A DNA stretch of 64,000 nucleotides from Octopus sinensis (Eukaryota). Location: contig NC_043006.1 of assembly GCF_006345805.1 (NCBI RefSeq), positions 30,628,001-30,692,000 on the forward strand, written 5' to 3'. Below the pieces are notes generated by a model that saw only the letters and a list, made by a program, of their open reading frames with translations, made no database searches and was not told where the DNA came from. Both the position numbers and the translations under genes were made by a program. How positions within the stretch are numbered: position 1 is the first letter of the stretch; every line of letters starts with the position of its first letter. This document shows positions 12,889 to 27,400 of the stretch, piece after piece.

Positions 12889-12958
12889 CGAGCAACCTCC
12901 TGATTTTAACCGTGTTCCAAAGCGCAAAGGAAAACGTCAGCGATGTACCATATTATGA
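12889..12958 (+). CDS. MRAS: M-Ras terminal coding exon: EQPPDFNRVPKRKGKRQRCTIL* (polybasic region + CaaX)
   Basis: Acceptor atttttag at 12888; phase matches the previous exon; ends in CTIL-TGA at 12958. Confidence 0.9.
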
Positions 12959-13961
12959 AGATTGGTCGATTGGGTTGAAGAAGAATTTGTGGCAAGAAGT
13001 GATATGAAGCAAAGATGGTTATCAAACACAGAAACTCACACAATGCAATGGAAAGGGATGGAAATGGTTCTGATAACCATTTATTATATGATAAGGATAT
13101 CTACTAACTGCACTAACCAAGTTATTTTTCCCTTTGAATAATAGTGATGATGATGATGGACAATCAGTGACTTATGGGACAATATTCTTGTGGGATGAAG
13201 GGGAAAAATACCGGTTTTTTTTATCTACATGGGTTTACAGACGGACACAAATGCATTTCTTGAGATGCATAGAACTACAATGACGTTCTATGTACAACAT
13301 CATCTAAGCCATACACGAAATATGCATACTTCATACTGGCCTGTTGCAGTGTTGTGTATGTCTTCAATGAATAACTTAAATTAATTTTAATGTCTGCATA
13401 ACATACACGCACGTACACACACACACACACACATGCACGTATATGTATGTGTGTGTGTGTGTGTGTGTGTATGTATATCACATTACAATAAGAAACAGTG
13501 GTTTGAATTCATTATTACAGCTATCTGTGTGTGTGTACTTGCACACACCACACGTGCATATTTGTACACACACATACACACACACACACACACACATGCA
13601 CATAGATACATACATACATACATACATACTTACATGCACAGACATACATATGCATGAATTATTTATACACCCATATCTCTATGTATACATATGCATAAAC
13701 ATGTCTACATAAACATGTCTACATAAACACACATATGCATTATCTATTTATCATCTGTGTTTATAATGGGGCAGGGGAATTTTTAATTGATTAATTAAAA
13801 AAAGGAATTTTTTTAAACAAAAACTTGAGTTATCTTACACTGTTTTTCTACATGTCCACATGTTGGGTAAAGTTAATATATGCATATATATATATATATA
13901 TGTGTGCATATATATATATATAGGTAATTTATTGGTAAAAACGGTAAGCAATTGTAGTATG

Positions 13962-13992
<31 letters not shown>

Positions 13993-14112
13993 TATATAGT
14001 TAATCAAATATATTCAATGCGAATACAGTATACTGGATTTTGAATAAGTGCTCTTGGTAGGGAAATGTCTAAAACCTTAAAGGTATTTAGAGATTTAATA
14101 ACAGCGATTATA

Positions 14113-14115
14113 AAT

Positions 14116-14146
<31 letters not shown>

Positions 14147-14147
14147 C

Positions 14148-14198
<51 letters not shown>

Positions 14199-14230
14199 GT
14201 ATATATATATATATGTATTATATATATATA

Positions 14231-14261
<31 letters not shown>

Positions 14262-14419
14262 AATGTATGTATATATATATATGTATGTATATATATATGT
14301 ATATATGTATATATGTATGTATATATGTATATATGTATGCATGTATATATGTATGTATATATATATGTATGTATGTATGTATATATGTATGTATGTATGT
14401 ATGTATATATATATGTATG

Positions 14420-14451
<32 letters not shown>

Positions 14452-15116
14452 TGTATGTATATATATATGTATGTATATATATATGTGTATATATATATAG
14501 AATATATTTGCCAGCTAAATGTGGTTGTCCCACAGAAGATGATATTACTTTTGCTTTTAGCCCCTTGTGGGGCTAAAACAGCAGTAACACTGTCCTCTAT
14601 AGGACTGTCACATTTAGTTGAGAAATATATTTTACAATTCCATACTGTTACTGTTTATTTCTCACTCGGAGATTTAATATAACTTATCTCTCTCTTTATA
14701 TATACGAATATATATATATCTGTGTGTGTGTGTGTGTGGTGTATGAATATCTGGTATTCATTAAATTAAAGTACATGCATGCATAAAAACACATGTTGTG
14801 ATCATCTACATTAATATTGTTGTCATTCATGCACACATATACATAATTATACATACATGCACACATATATTCTTACAATCACACACATACACATACACTG
14901 TAACACATGAAATTTTATGTATGCATTTATGGAAACAGACAGTCATTTTTTGGCACAGATACACAGGAGTGGCTGTGTGGTAAGTAGCTTGCCACATGGT
15001 TCCAGGTTCATTCCCACTGTGTGGCACCTTGGGCAAGTGGATTTGGTAGATGGAAACTGAAAGAAGCCCATCGTATATATATATATATATATAATATATA
15101 TGTATATATATACATG

Positions 15117-15147
<31 letters not shown>

Positions 15148-15231
15148 GTATATATATGTATATATATGTATATATATATATATATGTATATATATATGTA
15201 TGTATATATATGTATATATATATATATATAG

Positions 15232-15294
<63 letters not shown>

Positions 15295-15339
15295 GTATGT
15301 ATATATATATGTATATATGTATGCATGTATATATGTATG

Positions 15340-15372
<33 letters not shown>

Positions 15373-16056
15373 ATATATGTATGTATGTATGTATGTATAT
15401 ATATGTATGTATGTATGTATATATATTATATATATATATGTATGTATATATATATGTATGTATATATATATGTGTATATATATAGAATATATTTGCCAGC
15501 TAAATGTGGTTGTCCCACAGAAGATGATATTACTTTTGCTTTTAGCCCCTTGGTGGGGCTAAAACAGCAGTAACACTGTCCTCTATAGGACTGTCACATT
15601 TAGTTGAGAAATATATTTTACAATTCCATACTGTTACTGTTTATTTCTCACTCGGAGATATAATATAACTTATCTCTCTCTTTATATATACGAATATATA
15701 TATATCTGTGTGTGTGTGTGTGTGTATGAATATCTGGTATTCATTAAATTAAAGTACATGCATGCATAAAAACACATGTTGTGATCATCTACATTAATAT
15801 TGTTGTCATTCATGCACACATATACATAATTATACATACATGCACACATATATTCTTACAATCACACACATACACATACACTGTAACACATGAAATTTTA
15901 TGTATGCATTTATGGAAACAGACAGTCATTTTTTGGCACAGATACACAGGAGTGGCTGTGTGGTAAGTAGCTTGCCACATGGTTCCAGGTTCATTCCCAC
16001 TGTGTGGCACCTTGGGCAAGTGGATTTGGTAGATGGAAACTGAAAGAAGCCCATCG
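14113..16056. repeat. Tandem duplication with about 983-bp offset: (TA/TATG) array + about 430 bp unique-like sequence + truncated SINE head
   Basis: 14500-15073 matches 15484-16056 almost base for base; identical ORFs at 14798 and 15781. Confidence 0.92.
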
Positions 16057-16097
<41 letters not shown>

Positions 16098-17474
16098 ATG
16101 TATGTGTTTGTGTGTCTGTATTTGTCCCCCCCAACATCGCTTGACAACCGATGCTGGTGTGTTTACGTCCCCGTAACTTAGCGGTTCGGCAAAAATAGAC
16201 CGATGTAATAAGTACTAGGCTTACAAAGAATAAGTCCTGGGGTCGATTTGCTCGACTAAAGGCAGTGCTCCAGCATGGCCACAGTCAAATGACTGAAACA
16301 AGTAAAAGAAAAAATACACACACAAATGTACTGTCAAGTTTACCAACACATTTTCATATATATGTGTGTGTTTGTGTTCACATGCAGACGAAATGAGTAT
16401 TGCATACCCTCATCTACACACATATATATTGCTTATAACTGCTACAGATGCAGTTGCACAAGAAGCCACTATTTTTCATTTAACTGCAAGATATGCCACT
16501 ATATGTAATAATATATGTCTGTATGTGTGTCTGAATGTTTAATGCATATGTGTGTGTGTGTGTATGATTAAATGGGTGCATGAGATATCTAAAACTTTAC
16601 ATTTATATTAGAGATTTCATAGAAATCACTTCATGTGAATGTGCTATGAAACTTGAGGTATGAGACTAAAATGTTAGTTATTGTATATAAATATTAGAAA
16701 ATTCTGAAATGTTCCAATATACAGCAAATAAACAGTGAATGTTATTGTAACCATGTTGTCAAAATAATCATAATTAATATATTTTACTGTGTCTATGTGA
16801 GCATATATTTAGGAATTATAAATATATTTATATATATCTCACAAGCACACATGTACCTATCGACATGTTAATTGTTGTAGCCATTGCTAACACTGCTATA
16901 CATATTCACTGATGCAGCAACTTGCATGAAGCGTTGCACCTCTAACATTCTTGGTGCAGACGCTTGCTGACTACTTGTACACTTTTCCTACATTTGCTGG
17001 AATGATGCAGAGAAAGAATGTTGCCAGTTGTGTGCAGATGTACAATATACCCATAAAGACAAAAATTACTGCAGCTTTTCATGCATTTCATTGTTTATAC
17101 ACACACACACATGCATATATGCACACACATACACACATCACAAACCTGCATATATATATATATATATATGAATGGGTTTTCATGCATATGCATTCATTTC
17201 TGTGTGTTCTGTGCCTGGGTATATTTTGTATTTTGTATACATAACTGTTATTATTTTTTATATTTGTATTATGCATATGTAAATAAATTTGCATATACAT
17301 TTGAAGTGTATGTATGGTGTGTGTATATACATATCTGTATTATGTGTATGTATGATTATGTATATATATATGTATGTTTATGTGTAGATTGTTCATACTT
17401 GTATGAGTGTGTGTGTGTGTATATATATCAGAATCGAAATCGATCAATGGAAATCGATCAATGGAAATTGCAGA

Positions 17475-17815
17475 TGTGTTACCAGTGCCGGTGGCATGTA
17501 AGAGAACTTTCCGTTCGCGACCGTTGCCAGCACTGCCCGTTTCGTGTCTGTTGCCAGCCTCGCCTGGTCCTCGTGCCGTTGGCACATAAAAGCACCATCC
17601 GTTCGTGCCGTTTGCCAGCTCTGTCTGGCACCAGTGCGGGTGGCACGTAAAAAGCCACCACTACACTCACGAGGTTGGGCGTTAGGAAGGGCATCCAGCC
17701 GTAGAAACACTGCCAGATTTGACTGGGCCTGATGAAGCCTTCTGGCTTCAAAGACCCCAGTAGAACCGTCCAACCCATGCTAGCATGGAAAACGGACGCT
17801 AAATGATGATGATGA
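17475..17815 (+). mobile_element. (GAT)n-tailed SINE copy with three gtgcc-x-gtggcac-x-taaaaagcacc modules
   Basis: Same core as the family above, preceded by tandem modules. Confidence 0.75.
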
Positions 17816-17845
17816 CATACATATATATATGCTGTGTATTATATA

Positions 17846-17877
<32 letters not shown>

Positions 17878-18043
17878 ATACATATATATACACACACACA
17901 CCACATTATATATATATATATATTTTATCTAGTTTCAGCTCACGAGCTGTGGCCATGCTGGGGCACCGCCATTTGGTGTTGCTACATGATTTTACATACA
18001 TACATACATATATATATATATATAAATAAATATACATACATAC

Positions 18044-18089
<46 letters not shown>

Positions 18090-18098
18090 CATATACAC

Positions 18099-18197
<99 letters not shown>

Positions 18198-18322
18198 TAT
18201 ATATATATATATATATAATAATATATATAAAGTTAATCCAAACAAGAAAGCACAAAAAAAACACAACAACACGAGGGCGTGCAACAAATATAGTATTATT
18301 GGACGCTCAGGAAAGAAGGAGG

Positions 18323-18357
18323 GTTTAACGTTTCAAGCGGAGCTCTTCGTCGGAAAC
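18323..18357 (-). ncRNA. Minimal hammerhead motif (U4 to C substitution)
   Basis: GUUU-CCGACGA-A-GAGC(UCC)GCUU-GAA-ACGU-U-AAAC; stem I GUUU/AAAC is perfect. Confidence 0.55.
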
Positions 18358-21024
18358 ATAGGAGAAGGAAAGATCCAGGGAAGGGAAGACAGAGGGAAAA
18401 AAATCGCCAACGGTACACACGAGGTCACATTTTGAAAGACCGGAAGGAAATATATATACACACATATGTTAAAATTAAAGTTTAAACTCTGAGATAAGAT
18501 TTACATGTTGGGTATGTCCCTAGTAGTATGCCAGCAGAGCACGTTCGCCTCTCAGGGCTACCTGGCGTCATCCACAATGGTCACTGGATCTATGTTAGTA
18601 ATTCCTTGCTGCACATTGAGTATAGTAGAAACCATGGATGTGGAAGATAGAGTATACTAGAAACTTCGTTTATCATAACGACCGTTTCGACCCATCCTGC
18701 ATCGCTCCTTCGTGGGTGGAGAACTATACAATGAAGTATGGTGCATTCCACTGTACAGAAGCATTTCTTCAGGTCATGTGATGCAGTTTCTTATTACATA
18801 AGTAATGCTTTGCTCTTAATCTTAATTAGGGCATGTTGATAGTAGTCGCATCTAAAATACATTGAGGGGGAATGGCAAAGAATAGATCAAGTTGCTAAGC
18901 TGTGGATACGAACAAGAAGTAAGTAACAAAAAATACAATACAAAGAATAAAGAAAAAAGAAAGCACAGAATAAACTAAGATAGAACACAATATAAAGTGT
19001 GTCAGTATGTGTCCAGCTCTTCTGCAGACTTCCTGCTAATAAGTCCTTTGGTAGTCAGCCATCCTTGTCGAGTGTGATGCCATGGACCAGACACGGTTCT
19101 GAATGTTGGTAAGGTCATAACACTTAATGACTATTAGGTTAAGATTGACCTCTGGACCCTGAGCATTAAGAAGAAGATAAAAAAGGACTGGGATCTCTGG
19201 TGATATGTGATTCTTGAAAAGATTTGCCTTGCTCAGCAAAGGAACTGAATGCTGGAAGAAATTACATGTTTTGGTTTCCCCACCTGTTACAGTGTTCCCC
19301 CTCCCATGCATTATGTCTGCCCCTTCCCCTCCCCTCACTTACTTCAGACTACCCAGCCATGTCATCTCTCTCTCTCTTTTCTCCTCCCCATCTTTGATAC
19401 TCCTACTGTTTTCCTCACTGCCACTCTTCTGCATCTCTATCTTTTTCAGCTCACAGTTCTCATTTCATCTACCTTCAATCCTAGCCACTCTGCCACCCCA
19501 AACCCTCATTCACCTTCCCATACATTCACCCACCCACTTTCTCTCTCTCTCTCTCCTTTTCTCTTATTAGATGTCATTAGCCATGCAGAATGCTCTTGTC
19601 CTCTAGCAGTAAGCTGACCCCAGTTTACCTCCCACAAGGTTCATAGTCCTGCAAATTACATGGTGACCTTAGTAGAACAGATGGTATGTAAAAAGCACCC
19701 AGTTCACGCTGCAAAGGGGTTGGCATTTGGAAGGGTATCCAGTCATAGGAACTATGTCAAAGCACACCTCAGTGGATGGTGAGGCAGTCCTTGGACGGAC
19801 ACACTGGACCCTCTTCAAACCATCCAACCCATGCCAGCATGGAACATGGACGTTAAATGATGATGATCATACATACATATATATACATATACATATATGC
19901 CAGAACCAGATGTATCAGAAATAAATACTAGGTCAATTTGTTAACCCTACTAGGCAGTGCCCCAGCATGACCACGTTCACACATATACGTGTGTGTGTGT
20001 GAACTCACTGGAGTTACTTTATGTATTAATTCATAAAACACCAAAAATGCTTCTCTACTCTCTATTGTTTGTGACCATGTGTGACTTAGTGTCCACATGT
20101 GTGAATTAGTGAAACATGTCTCCATGGATGAATTTTTATTTTTGCATCTTTATGTATCTAGATTTACTGTGTCAAGGTTGCTGTCTGCAACTCTAATTGC
20201 TATATATAAATCTGTGTATATACACAGCTGGCTACCTGCCAGCTATTCTATGAATGTGTTTGTACTAATGAAACATCTGTGAAGAATATGCGTCGATGTA
20301 CATAGGAGATACGGTGTATATACAAATGTGTCTATATTTGTAGATACGTATATAATTAATCTCCCCCTCTCTCCATATATATCCATCTATTTATGTATAT
20401 ATATATATGTATAAATATACATACATGCATGTGTGTGTATGTATACACACATGCGTTCATAATCATTCATTATCATATATGTGTGTGTGTTTGTATGTGT
20501 TCTCTCGCACGTAGGTAGTTCTCTTCTCACGTTAAATACTTTTCTATTCATGAAACATACAAATTCATTTTTAATCCTGACAATGCACCATTCAATTTAT
20601 CAACACCTTTCTGTCTCGGCCTATTGCTGCCACTCAACTCTTTCTAACAAATATATCGTTATTATTACTGACGTTATTTCACGTTTTCTTTCTTCAATAA
20701 TTATCTCCCCTTATCTGTTCTTTTCAATATTGACCTCTCGGTGAATTTTGGCTTACATTACATTGCTAAGCTTTGTTTTCCCTCCCCTTCCCCTCATATA
20801 TATATGTATGTATGTGTGTGTGTGCGCGCGCATGTGTGTGTGTGTGTGGTGTGTGTGTGTGTATGTATATATGTGTGTGTGTGTGTATGTATGTATATAT
20901 ATATGTGTGTGTATGCACAAACGGATGCACACATTGGTCCAACCTATGCCAACATGAAAAATGGATGTTAATTGATGATATATATACATACATATATATA
21001 TATCAAACATATATATATATATGC

Positions 21025-21310
21025 TTTTCAGCCTTGTCCACCAAAGAACCTCTTTTGCCACAGCCACCAGGCAAACGAAAACTGCCTTGCCTGCCTGATT
21101 GAAGGAGGGCAGCAGTGCAATCATCACTAGAGACTCAGCTGACAGATGGCTCTGTCCCACACTTGACAGCAGCTGTTCAATATAATCCCACAAGTCAGCA
21201 ATGCCCAGACACTGAACAAGAGTGTGCAGAACAGTTTCGTCCCTCTGCGCGCACTTCAGACAAGCCCGCCTGGCAGCACATCCGTGCCTGTGGATTATCA
21301 ACTGTGGTTG
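21025..21310 (-). mobile_element. Tx1/L1-clade LINE C-terminal zinc-binding fragment
   Basis: RACLKCAQRDETVLHTLVQCLGIADLWDYIEQ fits C-x2-C-x4-ET-x2-H-x4-C-x5-W. Confidence 0.7.
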
Positions 21311-23229
21311 AAGGGATTGAAGGGGAAAAGTGATTGAGCTGCAATTATCACATATTGCATAATGAGATAGATTCAGAAAATATCTTGTTTCATGAATTGT
21401 CTTGACTAATGAGTAATGAAATCCAGATGGATACATCAATCAATACTCTGTGCAAAAATCTTGGCTAATAATTTGTCACGTGAGGTAAATTGTAGATGCT
21501 GAATTTATTGGGTGTTTATTCATCAGCCATTGGTTGCAGAGTGAAATGAAATAAAGGAAGATGATGCGGTTACATAACTTTTTTCAAGGTTTCCAATAGT
21601 TTCAAATGGTTAGAGGAACTTTTTCATTTCTGTACACATTGGTTTGTACATATAAAATTCTTGTCAATCCATACAATAATTAATTAGTTATTTAAAAACA
21701 AGTCTTTCTACTTGTTTTGGAACTCAACTAAAGATCAAGGAACATTCTGGACATGATATTAGGCCTTGGTACTGAGTCCATCTGTACAACAAACCCAATA
21801 AAATCTAACGATATGTCAATAAATTCTCCAACTATCTTAGATCTATGATTAAATCCATAGTTAATAGTGTTACATCTAGAATATCTAGGCTATAAGTTAA
21901 TGAGATTTTCTGTCAGAACATAAAATATTATAATGCCACTTCAGCTTGGACGGGATTTACAAAGAAAATCTGTTATGTTCCTAAAAGAAATGCTGAGAAA
22001 ATACTTAAGAATAGTGGACAATACTTGCAAGAGCAGATGCAAAATAAACATCAATGTAATACAAATTATTTTAATGACAGATATAGGAATAGGATTGCTT
22101 AAAACATAGATAGTAGTAGAAAAAAAAAAGTCAGACCTGATAAAGGATGATGATGATCAATAAGTGAATTTTAATGTTTTCTTTGAAAATCCTGGTAAAT
22201 ATCTGAAAAATTCAGATATTAGACTTCCATTAGGCAAAACATAAAACATAATAACAGATTTAACCCTGAGAATGACATGGGAGGAAGTGGTAAGGACTGA
22301 TCTTGGGAAGTTGGACCTTACGGAGGAAATGGCCATAGACCGAGATGTCTAACGACCCATCCACAGCAGTGAAACTGAGTTCTAGAAGTGCCGTGTGTCC
22401 CACCCACATTTGACAAGAAAACTTCTCACACACTCCACCACAATGAACCAAACTACATCACTACATCCCTTCTCTTTCCCACATTTCCACTTCATGCACT
22501 ATGATTACCTCCCACTCCCCAATCTTGTCCCCTTGGCCCTGTGCCACTGTATCATTGTTCTCTGCTTGCCCCCAACCTGTGTGTTGTACCCACATACCTT
22601 GTCTCACTCTATTATTGCCATCTGCTAGCCCCTGACCTGAGTGTTCCACCCACACTTAACAAGAAAACTTTTCCCTCATCCTACCCCAATGAACATCTTT
22701 TTTTCTCACATTTCCTCCTTCATTCCCTATGCCTAGCTCTCACTCCTTGCTTAGCTCTCACTCCTTGCCTAGCTCTCACTTCCTGCCTAGCTCCCTTTTT
22801 CCAATCCTGTTCCCACACCCCTGTTTCTCACAATCATTAATTGCACTCACTTCGCAATATCCTGTCACATATATTATGGCATTTGAACCTCAAGGCTATG
22901 CCCTGGCACTTGCCACTATCTATATCACTCTCTTCCTTTACGCAACCAACTCATTTATACTCTGATCCCTGTTCTTTGTGAGTATGCCTGGCATTTTGCC
23001 ACCATTTCTATCCTGCTATCTCCCACTCTCTCCTCCTGCAATTCCCTCAGGTTGGGCAAACGTGTATTTTCTTGACAGTAGCACACCTGTTTCTGTCTTC
23101 ATTCCTGATCTTTCTCTCTCTGGCTGGGTAACCTTGTACTTCCTCTACAGCAAGGCACCTGTATCTGTTTCACTATAACCTTTTCATCATCACCTCCTCC
23201 AATACCTCCTTCCCTCTTAACAGTTTTTG

Positions 23230-23580
23230 TCTTGCAGGTACTTGGTGACCCTGTCACTGCAGGTGCCACTTAAAAGGCATCCAGTCCACACTGTAAAGTG
23301 GTTGGTTTTCAGACGAGTGTCCATCTGTGAAAATCTTGCCAAAACTGACCTCCCCTGTGCTTGTGCCACATAAAAAGCACTATTCACCTCACCTGTGCTT
23401 GTGCCATGTAAAAAGCACTAAGTCCACTCTGCTGAGCAGTTGGTATTAGGAAGGGCATCTAGCTGTAAAAATCTTGCCAAAATAGTCACATAAGTCTGGT
23501 GCAGGCTTCAGCCTGGCTGGCTCTTGTGGTACGATCCCACCCATGCTAGCATGGAACTCGGATGGTAAATGATGATGATC
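23230..23580 (+). mobile_element. (GAT)n-tailed SINE copy with multiple modules
   Basis: Family core plus three gtgcca...taaaaagcac modules. Confidence 0.7.
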
Positions 23581-25149
23581 CAGCTAAGATTAGTGGTTAT
23601 GTTCTTCTTATAGTTTCTTCCATCCCCTGCTTGGATTATCTCTATGTAACATACCAAATACACGTTTCTTAACTAATCTTTAATCTAATCCTTAACTATG
23701 TATTTAATTTAATTTGTTTTAATTCTAGTAAACCTAATACCATCAAGAACTGACTATAAAGGAAGGTGATGATTTATCTGTTGTAATGAAACCCGAGTCT
23801 TGTCTTTTCATTTAGCTACTTTCTAATCTCTTCCCTCTTTTTTGAATCCATGTGTCCCCTAACGCTTCCATCACTGACCTTATTTAAAGCAATTCTGTAA
23901 CTCTATCACCATCACACCAAAAGCAGACACGATGGGAGTAAACTCCCCACAATTTCACACCATGTTAATGCAGGTGTCTAATTTAATGAAATGTTTAATT
24001 ACCTACAATTAAAATTTGTTTTTAATAAAATTATTTTGGTGGGGATTATTAACATCATGTCTAAATAACCAATTGTTTTTCTTTTCATATTTACATTTAG
24101 AATGTTTTTTTTTTTATTAATAGTTTTTTTAGTTTAAAATTTGATCATCATTAAATTTTATTCTGGAGTGGGAATGTCATATCAGGCTGGATTTGAACAA
24201 GCAACCTCTATTTCGAAGAGGTTAGTAGTGGGAGAAATGTTAATCTTACATACAGATCAATTGATTGTTTTCAATTGTATTATAAATAGATATGTATATA
24301 TTTGCGGTGATTGACAGCCAGTCAGTGAGAAAATATAAAACAAAGCTTTTGTTATCATAATCAACCCAGCTGCTGCCACAACTTTAATGAAATGGTGGAC
24401 TGATGGAAGAATGAATTCTATTTTGATTGTCTTGACTGTCTCAAATGGTAGTTGTTTTCTTAGTCTAATATAAACAGAATGTCCAACCTTTGATTAGAGT
24501 TTAATGAATGTTACTGATTTTTGGGAGAATGAAATCAGCAGAGATGACCATGTCTAGTTTAAAGTAACAGTCTAACTGCTTTAATTCACTGAGTTTTCTT
24601 GTTTGCAATCAGTCATCCAACTAAAATATAAACACTCACTCACTGACCATTTCTCACATGCTTTCATCTCTTGCTACTGTATTCATATTACAATAGCCTC
24701 AGCTCCTTTGAACCAGCTGATTGCCAACCACTTCTCACCCAGACCCAACCAACACATCCATTTCTTGCAAGGGTTGCTTGACTAAATTCAGAGAAGCAGC
24801 TCAAAATTTGCAAAAAAATAAGGGAATTGTGTGAAAAAGTAACCCAAAATGAAAACAATGCTAGCTCTCTGGCCTTGCCATCTCCTGTCAACCCATCTGA
24901 CTCACACCAGCACCATAGAAAACGGACATTAAATGATGATGGCATGTGTGTGTGTGTGCATGCGTGTGCATGGGAGTGTGTGTATGATAATGTAAAAATC
25001 ACAACAATGGTCCTTCTAGAGAAACAAAATTCACAGAGGGAGGCTTCATTTGGATATTTTTTACAATCATTTGAGCAGTATTTTAGCTGGTATTTTCCCT
25101 TCAATTGAGAGAAAGGAAATTCTTGGATAATTTACTGTCAATTACCTCT

Positions 25150-27400
25150 CTGTTAGTTAATGATGTATATTACTATATTCTTGAATTGTTTGGGGAGGTT
25201 AACAGATTATGAAGACTTGAAGAAGTCTGTAACATAATACATTCTTACCACATTTATAGACTTTTAGGGGGATGCTGTCAGACACGAAGAGCCTTCCTTG
25301 AAATTTTGAGATGGCAGTCATCTGCTTCTCTGAATTTGGTAGATCCAAACTGATATTTTCTGAAGAATGTGTTATTTAAAGCTTTAGGAGAAATCATTGG
25401 GGGTTGGTTGAATAACTCATCAAAGCATTCCCTTCAGCGCTTTGTGATGTCATTCTTCTTAGTGTAGGGCTATCCTTACATTTCATTGATCTGTCTCCGC
25501 CTTTCTGAGGAACCATACACTTCTCTCAGACTGGCATAGAAAACCTTTACATTATGAAAATCAACAACAACCTTTATCTTCTTGTCCCATCATCAGTCTG
25601 TCAGACTTTGTTTTGTGGCAAGGCATTTGTGTCTTTGAGTCAGTTGGTAGCTTCTCAGGTATATCAGCCATTGACATGGCAACCATTTGACAGTGCCTTT
25701 ATCTCTCACATAGCATCTCTTCTATCTTTACATAATTTTTGTCAGACCAGTCACCATTTGAGGAAACCTATTTAGGCAGCAGCTGTTCTGTAGATTGCTT
25801 CATGTAACGATGTCCAAGAAACATGAGCTAGACCAGTTGTCAGATGGAGGAGTGTCTGGTAGCACTGTTGGTTGGTTGGTTGGTCCTTTTTGCTATGAGA
25901 GCACATTGTACTTGAGGGGTTTTCCATTTGCTTGTAACTCTGTTTGACAAGCAAATTATATGTATCAAAATATGTGATCAGTAAGGCAAATAAGCTTTCC
26001 TTGTGGCATGTATACAGCTTATATCTGCAATGTTGTCTCTATGACTAAGTTCACAATCTAACAGACATCAACAATTTGATTGCAAATGCCACCAGTTGTA
26101 AAATCATTTTTCTAGAAAATGGTTAAAAGCGAATTCTTCTTGAAGGCCAGAGTAGATTTCATATGTCTTGAAGCATCAAGGACAAGATTTCTACTCCATT
26201 ACAAATCAAGGAAAATCTATGGAAAAATGTCTTCCACTTTTCATCATATTAAATTGAATTTACAAAGACCTTCCACAATGTGGAAGAGTGGGTTTATGGA
26301 CCCTGCTCAAAAGATACGAATGCCCAGAAAAATGTATGGAAACTGTCAAGCAGTTTTATGACAGTGCATCTGTCATGATCTCTTTCTTTGGAGTGGGCTT
26401 GCGCTCTCTTACCAGTCAGCCATTGTTGAGTAAAACAAGACTACACTTGTTCCAGCTCTATTTCAGCTATTTCTGGATGCTTGCTTGAAAAAAGCAGCAA
26501 GTGAACTTAGTCACTGTATATACTTGCACAAGCGTGGATTGTTGAGTATATCTAGACAAAGATCCATTGTGGTATGTATATTTGTGAGCTTCTTTTCACT
26601 GACGACTCTGTCCCAGTGATAGATTCTTTAGAAGACATCCAGAAAATTACTCAACCATTTTAAGTGCGCAATGTCAGTTTTTGGTCTGTCAATAAATGTA
26701 GAAAAAACTAAAGTCTTATTGCTGTCTAAATCTGAAGTGCAGAACACAAACTCCTTGACCATCATGATTGTGAATCTGTCTCTAATTCTGGTAAAAATAT
26801 TCACATATTTAGGCAGCATAGTTTCTGATGACAACAGCCTGGACTCGGAGATGGACCACTACAGACAGTTGGCTGTGGTTGTTTTTGAAAAGTTCAATGA
26901 TTTATTTAGGAAATGTCAAGGCATTAAACTTTTGATGATATGTAAAGTCTACCCAACAATAGTTCGATTCAGACATATTCTGTTGAGACCCATGCATTAT
27001 ATCATTGTCATCTCAAAAAGCTGATGAGCTACCTGTTATATCAACTGTAATCTATAATAAACACTTCTTGATGTGAACACAGCTCCAACCAGGACGCAAA
27101 ATGCTGTGAGCAATAATGTTGAGTGTTGAGTCTCTGCTGATGGATTCACAGTTACACTGAGTAGGACACATGATAATCCATGTAAAGGGCTTCTGAAGGT
27201 TGAAATGAGGAAGGTGCTGAAGAGGGTGACCAAACAGCATCAAAGAACATTTCAATAAAGTGAGTGGTTTGATTGTGACTGTTTGGGAAAAGAAGGTAGA
27301 GGCTGATTACAAACAACGGTGGTGGAGTTATGAAGAAAGATTTGTTGTAGAGAGAAACTGGATGAATCAAGAAAAAGGCAAAAAAGAAAAGAGGTTCAGA
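25150..27400 (+). mobile_element. Heavily decayed RTE-clade LINE
   Basis: Remnant frames such as FGLSINVEKTKVL...FTYLGSIVSDDNSLDSEM, with many stops and frameshifts. Confidence 0.65.

Noticed and set aside
14065-15573. Numerous 70-205 aa ORFs rich in Y/I/M/C/V
   Set aside because: Translations of TA/TATG microsatellites.
17729-17760. CTGATGA-AGCC-TTCT-GGCT looks like a hammerhead core
   Set aside because: It is a point variant of the SINE sequence ctggtgcagccttctggctt; there is no GAAA and no stem I or III.
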